From assembly GCA_045637145.1 (NCBI GenBank), contig JAZTYV010000027.1, positions 13,586-77,585 on the forward strand: DNA of 64,000 nucleotides, read 5' to 3'. How positions within the stretch are numbered: position 1 is the stretch's first letter; each line of letters begins with the position of its first letter. The translations under genes were made by a program, and so were the position numbers. The notes beneath the pieces are model-generated. The model was not told the origin of the DNA. It was given only the letters and a program-made list of their open reading frames with translations, and searched no databases. Shown here in pieces: positions 46,347 through 54,425 of this stretch. The stretch comes from Clostridia bacterium (GTDB lineage Bacteria; Bacillota; Clostridia; UMGS1810).

Positions 46347-49300
46347 ATGAAAAACAGAAAAATCATTGCGGCAGTATTAGTAATGCTTTCTTTACTAATT
46401 GGAATGACCTTTGTAGGTGCGGCAGACACTGCTACTGCACCCAAGCTTGTTGAAGACCAGATTTTCGAACTAGAAAATGCTTCACATTCGGGTATGACCA
46501 CAAGAAAAGTAAAGAGTATTCATGCCAGCGGCGGTGAATACATTGTGAATGATGCTGCCGGTATCGCAGACAAAAAAGACATCATTGTCGATGACCTGTC
46601 TGTTACCTTCAACCTTGCAAAAGGTGGCGAAATCAGAATGTTCGTAAGACTTCAGGTGCCTATGAACGCTGAAGGCTCCTTCTTCTATCGTTGGGATGAC
46701 GAAGAATGGAAGGATCAGGTTTGCTTTGCAAGCAAAGACTTTCAGTGGATAGAAGTTCCTGCCAAGTTCTTAACTGACGGACAGCACAAGTTCTCTATTG
46801 CCAGAAAGAGTACAGGCATACTCTACGATGCAGTCTATATGACTCGTGACCCCGAGTTTGTACCGGCTGTACCCGAGGGCGTAGAGCCTATTACCGATGC
46901 CGCAAGAGTTATTGCACACTATCAGGAGTCAATTCCTGAGTTCGACTACAGAGGTGGCGTAATAGATATGGAAGACATGACCTACGAAGATGGTATGACT
47001 TTGGTCGAAGATGCAAAGGCATCCGGCAAAACTGCCATGAAGGTCATAATGCCCAACCAGGCGTCAAGTATGTCTGCCCCGAATGCTTCCGAACCCGGTA
47101 CTGTGGAATTTGAATTTACCGCCACAGAAAACTGCGGATACTCAATTTGGATGCGTAGCTTTGCAAAAGACGGCGGTTCCGACTCCTGTTATGTTCAGGT
47201 AGAAGGAAAAACTCAGTATATGCAGATGAACCTTCCTTACCACGGCAGATGGACCTGGAAGCAGGTTGTTGCTCGTTTCGAAGCAAAAGCAGGCGAAACC
47301 TATAAGTTTAAGTTCTATTTCAGAGAAAAGAACTTCCTTATTGACCAGTTCGTCATCACCGGTATCATGGGATACGCTCCCGTCGGTGAACAGCAGACAG
47401 GTATAGAAGCCGAAATCGTTACCGAACTTAAAGAAAACACAGCAGGTGTTTTGGAACAGTTCTACGATATGCCTCCCTATAACCCACCTGCAGGCGTACA
47501 CCCCAGAGTGTACTTTACCAAGGAAGACATTCCCTCTCTTATAGAAAAGCTTAATGACCCAATAAATGCTCCTCTTAAGAAAATATTTGACGGCTATATA
47601 GCAGACCACAGTGGTGCAGGCAGTGCATACAATGGTGCTGCTCAGCTTGAAAAGATGGAAGCCAAGGCATACTACTATGCACTCTTTGGCGATAAGGAAG
47701 TTGGTCGCGAAGCCATCAACCTTTCTCTTGAGTCTATGAGAACCTGGCCCTTCCTTTCAGATATTGAGGGTAACACCAGAACAAACGGTTGGTTCATAGC
47801 AACTTGGTCCAAGGTTTACGACTGGTGCTATGACCTCCTTACCGAAGAGGAAAAAGCATTCTTTATCACCCGTTGCGAACAGTCCGCAAGTGTAATGGAA
47901 GTTGGTTGGCCTCCTGTTAAACAGCCCGAAATGCTGTGGGGCCACGGCGCGGAAGCACAGGTTCACAGAGATTTATTGTGCTTTGCTATTGCAACCTACG
48001 ATGAAAGACCCGACATATGGAACAACGTTGCAGGTGAAATTTATCAATTATCCGTTCCTGCAAGAAAGTTCATGCATCAGGGTGGATTGAATCTTGCCGG
48101 TGTATCCTACGGTACCTACCGTTACATCTGGGAGTGCCATGCATACCTTCTCTTAACTGCCATGGGACTTCCCGAGCCCTGGCCCGGTGAAGACGTAGCT
48201 TGGGCTTTGAGAAGCCACTCCATATACTTCAGAAGACCCGACGGTACTTGGTTTATGAATGGCGACACACCAAACCTTTACAATGTACCTATGTCCTACA
48301 GTTACGGTCAGCAGGCTGCAACACTTCTTGCTGCAGTTATATCCGATGATCCATACCTTATGGACCAGTACTACAGAATAACCAACATTGCAGATAAGGA
48401 AGGCTATGAGCATCAGCGTGCGGAAAAAGACGAGCTCACCCTTACCGATGCACTCATATTCTTTGACCCAAGCCTCATTCCCAAGTCCATATCCAACTTG
48501 CCTCAGTCTATGTATGTTCCGAGTCCTTCGGGCATGATGCTTGCAAGAACAGGCTGGGACGATGGCGTACAGTCCAATGTTGCAGTTGCATTTATGAAGA
48601 TGGAAGAATACTATGTAGGCGGTCACCAGACACCTGCGGCTGGTCACTTCTCCATCTACTACAAAGGACCTCTTACAAACCAGAGTGGTATCTACGACAT
48701 TATGTTCTCACCCGGATTCCAGCACTACAACCATCACTCTATTGCAAGTAACTGTATCTTGGTGTACGACCCCAACGAGGATCCTGCAAACTTCCAATAC
48801 ACACCAAACGATGGTGGTCAGAAGTGGGCACCTGATGATAGCGGTATCCCCGGTATCGATCTCAGTCCATCTTTAGATACACCGGATTTCGAAGGTGATT
48901 GGTGGCTGGATGACGCCTTCAAGAGAACCACTACCGAAGGTGTAGAAATCGATCCCAAGAACCCCATCACGCCCGACTACTCATACCTAAAGGGTGACAT
49001 TACCAAATGGTATAGCGACAAAGTTAAGGATTATCACCGTTCTATGATCTTCTTAGACCTTAAGGACGACACAATCCCTGCCGCTATGGTAGTGTTCGAT
49101 AAATTGTCCGTAAAGAACCCAACTCACAAAAAGACTTGGGTACTCCACGGTCAGACTGTTCCCCAAATAATTGGTGGCAGAACAATCTGGGGCTCCAGCC
49201 CCTTCAAGAACTCTGTTGGTGAAGAATACACAGGTTCGATGGTTCACGACATCATTCTCCCTGCACCTTCCGACCTCAACAAAGAGGTAATAGGCAGCGA

Positions 49301-51020
49301 GGAAGAAGGATGGAACATCGTTAACGGTGTTAATGTTCCTAACAATACTGCCGGTGGTGCAGCACTGGAAGAAAACACCTACAGACTTGAGCTTTCACCT
49401 AAAGCAAACAACGAAACAGAGTTGTTCCTAAATGTAATTCAGGTTACAGACAGAAGTAACAAAGCATACCATGCAGTAACCAAGGTAGAAAACACAACCC
49501 ATGTCGGCGTTAAGATTTCCGACAGAGTAGTGCTCTTCTCCAAGGATGCCAAGAGGGTAGGCACAAGCTTTGAAGTAAATGCTATTGGTTCCGGCAGTGT
49601 TAAGTACACCATCTGTGATATGCAGGCAGGTGTATGGAATGTTACCAACGGTGGCAAGACCTTCGAAGTTGTAGTAACCGAAGAAGGCGGCGTGCTTGCA
49701 TTCGATGGCGTAATGGGTAATGTTAAGGCGGTGCCCGCAGGCAAAGGCGCTCCCGTAGTTGAGGAAGTTCCATTAGTGCTTTCCGACGACAGAGCTCTTA
49801 GAGTAAAGATTGGTAATTCCTTTGCTTATATGCCCGTTGAGCCCGACATAGTAAATGGCTCATTAGTGGTTCCTATCGAGTACATTGCACCCAAGATGAA
49901 CCTAAAGCGCCAAGCGGACTTTATGAAGGAAGTATTTGTAGAAGACAGACAGAAGATTACCGCTGAGGTAAGACCTGACGCCACTACATTCCTTGTAAAT
50001 GGCGAAGTTAGAGATCTTAATGTTCCTACCTATATGAAAGACGGCTACCTTATGGTAGAGCTCAGAACTTTTGCAGAAGCATTCAACTATCTTGTATACT
50101 GGGATAACTTTGCAAAGACTGCAAACCTCGTATCTAACCCCGTTATCGTTAAGGAAGATGATAAGAACTATGCAAAAGTTGTAAATGTAATAACAGATGA
50201 AATAGGTGTATCCGACCCGACAACTGGAGGTGGTAGATTTGCAGTTGACGGCGACTTAGAAACACTTTGGTCTGCAAATGCTGCAGAAGGCCCTGTAGGC
50301 TTCATAATGGAACTCGAAGAGGAAACCCTACTTGAAAATATTGAAATAGTATTTAACCCCAATTCATTTAGAACACCGTACTTCGACGTATACGTATCAC
50401 AAGACGGCGTTAACTTTACACACATCTTAAATGCTATCGGTTCCCCCGATGCCAACGGCTTTGACTACGAAACATTTGCCTTCGATCCACAGATTGAAGT
50501 ATATGCAAAATATGTTCAGTATCTTGCAAATGGTTCCGATAAGTCCAAGTGGAATGGTGTAAAGGAAATTAGATTCAAAGTCGGCGAACCCATTAAGAGA
50601 TGGGAAACTACAGAAAATCATGCAGTAATTTCTAAAGTACAAGGCGACGGTGGGGAGACAGATCCCGCAAATACACCTCCCAACATTGCCGACAACAACG
50701 GCAGAACAATTTGGGCGGCACAAGGTGTAGGTAGATATGTAACCTTTGCCCTTGAAGATGAAACCGACCTCGTTGGTGTTGAAATAATATTCAACAAGAA
50801 CTCCAACAGAATTCCTAAGTTCGAAATCCATGTTTCTGACGATGGTGAAAACTTCCGCAAGATTTACGGTTCAGCAGGTAATCCCGAAGCTGGACAGTTC
50901 GAGTGGGAATCCTTCAACTTTGGTAACCCGGTATCGGCGAAGTATGTTCGCTACGTTGCTATGGGTTCAAACTTAAGTGCTTGGAACGGCGTCGTTGAAG
51001 TTCGTTTCCTAAAAAAATAA
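46347..51020 (+). CDS. Second giant secreted heparinase II/III-type protein (paralog) with two discoidin (F5/8 type C) modules
   Basis: The signal peptide is MKNRKIIAAVLVMLSLLIGMTFVGA. Approximate module order is as follows.
- Two CBM-like modules (~46458-46850 and 46954-47363).
- A core alignable with the previous gene (~47470-49560).
- A copper-amine-oxidase-N-like module (~49760-50140).
- Two discoidin-like modules (FAVDGDLETLWSA...WNGVKEIRF; IADNNGRTIWAAQG...WNGVVEVRF). Confidence 0.7.
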   Translation: MKNRKIIAAVLVMLSLLIGMTFVGAADTATAPKLVEDQIFELENASHSGMTTRKVKSIHASGGEYIVNDAAGIADKKDIIVDDLSVTFNLAKGGEIRMFVRLQVPMNAEGSFFYRWDDEEWKDQVCFASKDFQWIEVPAKFLTDGQHKFSIARKSTGILYDAVYMTRDPEFVPAVPEGVEPITDAARVIAHYQESIPEFDYRGGVIDMEDMTYEDGMTLVEDAKASGKTAMKVIMPNQASSMSAPNASEPGTVEFEFTATENCGYSIWMRSFAKDGGSDSCYVQVEGKTQYMQMNLPYHGRWTWKQVVARFEAKAGETYKFKFYFREKNFLIDQFVITGIMGYAPVGEQQTGIEAEIVTELKENTAGVLEQFYDMPPYNPPAGVHPRVYFTKEDIPSLIEKLNDPINAPLKKIFDGYIADHSGAGSAYNGAAQLEKMEAKAYYYALFGDKEVGREAINLSLESMRTWPFLSDIEGNTRTNGWFIATWSKVYDWCYDLLTEEEKAFFITRCEQSASVMEVGWPPVKQPEMLWGHGAEAQVHRDLLCFAIATYDERPDIWNNVAGEIYQLSVPARKFMHQGGLNLAGVSYGTYRYIWECHAYLLLTAMGLPEPWPGEDVAWALRSHSIYFRRPDGTWFMNGDTPNLYNVPMSYSYGQQAATLLAAVISDDPYLMDQYYRITNIADKEGYEHQRAEKDELTLTDALIFFDPSLIPKSISNLPQSMYVPSPSGMMLARTGWDDGVQSNVAVAFMKMEEYYVGGHQTPAAGHFSIYYKGPLTNQSGIYDIMFSPGFQHYNHHSIASNCILVYDPNEDPANFQYTPNDGGQKWAPDDSGIPGIDLSPSLDTPDFEGDWWLDDAFKRTTTEGVEIDPKNPITPDYSYLKGDITKWYSDKVKDYHRSMIFLDLKDDTIPAAMVVFDKLSVKNPTHKKTWVLHGQTVPQIIGGRTIWGSSPFKNSVGEEYTGSMVHDIILPAPSDLNKEVIGSEEEGWNIVNGVNVPNNTAGGAALEENTYRLELSPKANNETELFLNVIQVTDRSNKAYHAVTKVENTTHVGVKISDRVVLFSKDAKRVGTSFEVNAIGSGSVKYTICDMQAGVWNVTNGGKTFEVVVTEEGGVLAFDGVMGNVKAVPAGKGAPVVEEVPLVLSDDRALRVKIGNSFAYMPVEPDIVNGSLVVPIEYIAPKMNLKRQADFMKEVFVEDRQKITAEVRPDATTFLVNGEVRDLNVPTYMKDGYLMVELRTFAEAFNYLVYWDNFAKTANLVSNPVIVKEDDKNYAKVVNVITDEIGVSDPTTGGGRFAVDGDLETLWSANAAEGPVGFIMELEEETLLENIEIVFNPNSFRTPYFDVYVSQDGVNFTHILNAIGSPDANGFDYETFAFDPQIEVYAKYVQYLANGSDKSKWNGVKEIRFKVGEPIKRWETTENHAVISKVQGDGGETDPANTPPNIADNNGRTIWAAQGVGRYVTFALEDETDLVGVEIIFNKNSNRIPKFEIHVSDDGENFRKIYGSAGNPEAGQFEWESFNFGNPVSAKYVRYVAMGSNLSAWNGVVEVRFLKK

Positions 51021-51045
51021 ACACACATACGAAAGGGGAATATAA

Positions 51046-52725
51046 ATGCAAAAAAAATTCTTTTTGATATCCGCTTTGGTCGTTGCATTGCTTTGCATGG
51101 TAGTTTGTGCAAGCGCAGACCAGCAGATATGCGAAAAAATCAGCTATTATGATGCAGACGGCAACATCCTGACCTCGTATACCGAGGGTGAAGTTACAGC
51201 AGTTGCCTCTTGCACCAATACCACTTCAAAAGCTATAAAACCCGTCCTTGTAGTTACCAGCTACAGGGACGGACAGCAAAACGGTTTTTGGTATGCCAGT
51301 GCAGAGTCTTCTATTGCAAAGAACGAAGAAGGCTTAGTAGAAGTAACCTTTACACCTGCAGCAGGCGATGTTATCAAGGCTACACTGATTGATAGCCTCC
51401 AAAACCTCAATCCTTACCTTGCAACAGCTAAGATGCTAAACAACACCACAAACTTAGATGGTGTGTTTGTAGACGGCGTATTCTTACCCGGATTTACAAA
51501 CGATGAAGATGCCTATGAATATAAGGTTACAGGTGCTGGAAAAGTTACAGCACTTGCCGAAGATGGCTCCTCCGCTGTTACCATTACAGAGCCCGAGTCG
51601 CTCCCTGGATATGCAAATGTTAATGTATTGTCCGCTTTTGGTGACCAAAGAGATGTTTCCATACTTATGTATAAAGACTTAGAAGATCTCTACACCTTAA
51701 AGGGTATCAACTATATTGTCAATGGTACCGAGTATTCAATGCCCGATTTCAACCACGACAACTTTGACCCCACCAAGGGAGCATATATCTACTCATTGTC
51801 ACTTCCCGACAACACACTTTTTGCAGAGCTTGTACCAATTCCTACATTTGAAGGTGCAGACATAAAGGTAGAAGTTGAAGATACTGACCACATGTACAGA
51901 TACTTCGATGGACTTCTTTATCGTTACCACGGTTTCCACAGAACCTACATCAACTCATTTGGTAAAGCAAGAGGAACATTTGACAACATCGTTCCTATAA
52001 AGAATGAAGAGGTTATAGTTACCATTACTGTTTCCTACGGTGATCTTTCCAAAAAGTACAGAATCACAATGGGCGGAAGACAGCCAAGACTTACAAGCTA
52101 TAACTTCAATCCCGATGCAGTTTCCACTGCAACACCTGTATTCGTAGGTGGTGCGGCTGTAAACAACGACAACGGTACCACATATTCAATCGACCGTTGG
52201 TGGGCTTTTACAAACGTTTCTGAAAACCTCGTTGGTGCAAGTATGTTTGTAATGCCTGTTAGAGATACTCAGTCAACATCCTGGTGGGGACAGAACACCG
52301 AAGGTGTATACTTTGACTTTACTGCAGATACACCCGGTACAATCTACATGATCCACGATACAGCTAATCTTACCGCATCAAATATTAACCCTGCATATAT
52401 CGCTGATGGTTGGGAATACATAGACCGCTCCGATCTTCAAACCTACACAACAGGCGGAAACTTCGCAGGACTACCCGTAACATTCAATGATTTTGGCGAT
52501 GACCGTCTAAACATTTGTATGTATTCATTTAGTGATGACGTAGCTTCTAGATATGGAGATAGTGCATATACGCCGGGAGGAAGAACCCTATTCGATAGCT
52601 ACTTCAAGAGAGATTTCCAAGCTGGCGAAGTAATAGAAATTCACAACACAGGCTCATGGGCAGGTACAGACATGAATTCCAAGCACTCCCTTACCTACCT
52701 TATAGTTTGGGATATTGAAGAATAA
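51046..52725 (+). CDS. Secreted protein: ~100-aa N-module, two cadherin-like beta-sandwich modules, unassigned ~215-aa C-terminal domain
   Basis: The signal peptide is MQKKFFLISALVVALLCMVVCASA. The cadherin-like pattern is LDGVFVDGVFLPGFTNDEDAYEYKV...AVTITEP. The C-terminal domain is homologous to ORF 60417-61109 (VYFDFTADTPGTIYMIHD / IYEFTISKPATVYIIPYA; LTYLIVWDIEE / AIFIVWDEVQE). Confidence 0.5.
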   Translation: MQKKFFLISALVVALLCMVVCASADQQICEKISYYDADGNILTSYTEGEVTAVASCTNTTSKAIKPVLVVTSYRDGQQNGFWYASAESSIAKNEEGLVEVTFTPAAGDVIKATLIDSLQNLNPYLATAKMLNNTTNLDGVFVDGVFLPGFTNDEDAYEYKVTGAGKVTALAEDGSSAVTITEPESLPGYANVNVLSAFGDQRDVSILMYKDLEDLYTLKGINYIVNGTEYSMPDFNHDNFDPTKGAYIYSLSLPDNTLFAELVPIPTFEGADIKVEVEDTDHMYRYFDGLLYRYHGFHRTYINSFGKARGTFDNIVPIKNEEVIVTITVSYGDLSKKYRITMGGRQPRLTSYNFNPDAVSTATPVFVGGAAVNNDNGTTYSIDRWWAFTNVSENLVGASMFVMPVRDTQSTSWWGQNTEGVYFDFTADTPGTIYMIHDTANLTASNINPAYIADGWEYIDRSDLQTYTTGGNFAGLPVTFNDFGDDRLNICMYSFSDDVASRYGDSAYTPGGRTLFDSYFKRDFQAGEVIEIHNTGSWAGTDMNSKHSLTYLIVWDIEE

Positions 52726-52740
52726 GGAGGATAGGTGACT

Positions 52741-54405
52741 ATGAAAAAACTAATATCAATTTTAATTGCATCTTTGCTTATGCTTCAGTGTGTGGCTTTT
52801 GCCGATTATTCACTGGGAACTTCAGAGGATGAAGTCGTTATTTCAGGTCAGGCCAATCCTTTTAAAATGGTATCCTTTGTACTTTTAAATAATGAAGCAT
52901 TCACAGCAGATTCTATAGACGGCATAGTGGATGAATACATTGCCGACATAGAAGATGGAAATATTCTTACAACAGAAAAGATTTTCTACTTTGATGCTGT
53001 AAGAGCAGACGCAAACGGCGATTGGCAAGTAATTGTCGATATGGCCGGCATTGAAACCAAGGACCTCATTCTCTTCGAAAGTGAAGACAAGTACGAACCC
53101 GTATTCTTCGCTTCTGTAGACTACAGAGCAGGTATCCTTTCAAACCTCATTGAAAAAGCATTTGTAGAGGATGACAACGCATCATTAAAGAACGCTATCA
53201 CAACCGATATTTCATATATCGCAGATAGCTGGGATCTCTACGGTAAGCTTACAAACAAATTGTTTGTTGCAAACTTTGTAGATGACACCATTAAGACCTT
53301 TGATCCCATAACAGCAGGCTCTGCAGAGCTCGCAGTGTTAAAGGCTAAGATGGACAAGGCAATCCTCCTTCAGGCAATTAGCGAAGGTAAGATGTCCAAC
53401 TTCGACAAGGCTTTCTATTTTGACTATGATACTTCCCTTAAGGCTACAATGTCATCTGCCGGTCAGACAAAGACACTTGAACTCTTAAAGGGTGGCGACT
53501 ACAGCGTAGAGGATGACTACATCGCTGCTGCACAAGAAGTATTAAAGCTCCAGAATTTCAACTACAACACCAACCAAAATGGTAACAACCTTGTAGAAGT
53601 TTTAGAAACCTTAGGTCTTGACCTTGATGACTTTGACGACCTTGGCAATAGCGATCAGGCTAAGGCTGCAAAGAGTCTTGCTAAGAAGAAGAGCGAAGAC
53701 TACGAAGAAGCTCAGGATAACCTTGACGATATCGTAGAAGATATTTTATATGGTAAAGGCGGTTCCAAAGGCGGCTTTAGTGATGTTTCATCACTTCCTT
53801 TCACCCCCAATCCTAAAGAAAGCATCTCCGACGAAAACATTCAGGGTCAGAAGTACATCTACACAGATTCTCACCTTGCTCCTTGGAGTGCAGATGCTGT
53901 AGTTTACCTCTCCGATAAAAGCATTGTTGCAGGCTATGAAGATGGTTCCTTCAAGCCCAACAACTCCATCACAAGAGCAGAATTCACAAAACTCGTTGTA
54001 GAAGCCTTCTATGGCATCACAGCGTACGAATACACAACAGCATTCTCCGATGTACCTCAGAATGCTTGGTATGCTCCTTATGTAAACAAAGCATACGACA
54101 ATGGTATCGTGGCAGGTACTTCTGCTGGCAAATTCAACCCCAACGATACAATCACAAGAGAAGATATGGCAGTTATCCTATACAACGCTGCTATTAAGCA
54201 CGGTTTAATTGCTACAGCTTCTCCCAACAAATTATTTGCAGATGAAGCTTTAATTAGCGCATATGCAAAAGATGCAGTTTACACACTTAAGGCACTTAAC
54301 ATTGTAAGTGGTGTAGGCACAGGCGAATTTGAGCCCAAGTCCAACGCTACAAGAGCAGCTGCTTGCCAGATGCTATACTCACTTATGGTTAAGACATCCA
54401 AATAA
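52741..54405 (+). CDS. Secreted protein with three C-terminal SLH (S-layer homology) repeats
   Basis: The signal peptide is MKKLISILIASLLMLQCVAFA. The SLH repeats lie at ~53860-54390: YTDSHLAPWSADAVVYLSDKSIVAGYEDGSFKPNNSITRAEFTKLV; FSDVPQNAWYAPYVNKAYDNGIVAGTSAGKFNPNDTITREDMAVIL; FADEALISAYAKDAVYTLKALNIVSGVGTGEFEPKSNATRAAACQML. The N-terminal ~370 aa are unassigned. The ORF-track GTG at 52735 is the alternative start. Confidence 0.8.
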   Translation: MKKLISILIASLLMLQCVAFADYSLGTSEDEVVISGQANPFKMVSFVLLNNEAFTADSIDGIVDEYIADIEDGNILTTEKIFYFDAVRADANGDWQVIVDMAGIETKDLILFESEDKYEPVFFASVDYRAGILSNLIEKAFVEDDNASLKNAITTDISYIADSWDLYGKLTNKLFVANFVDDTIKTFDPITAGSAELAVLKAKMDKAILLQAISEGKMSNFDKAFYFDYDTSLKATMSSAGQTKTLELLKGGDYSVEDDYIAAAQEVLKLQNFNYNTNQNGNNLVEVLETLGLDLDDFDDLGNSDQAKAAKSLAKKKSEDYEEAQDNLDDIVEDILYGKGGSKGGFSDVSSLPFTPNPKESISDENIQGQKYIYTDSHLAPWSADAVVYLSDKSIVAGYEDGSFKPNNSITRAEFTKLVVEAFYGITAYEYTTAFSDVPQNAWYAPYVNKAYDNGIVAGTSAGKFNPNDTITREDMAVILYNAAIKHGLIATASPNKLFADEALISAYAKDAVYTLKALNIVSGVGTGEFEPKSNATRAAACQMLYSLMVKTSK

Positions 54406-54425
54406 GAACAGGAGGATAAAATAAT

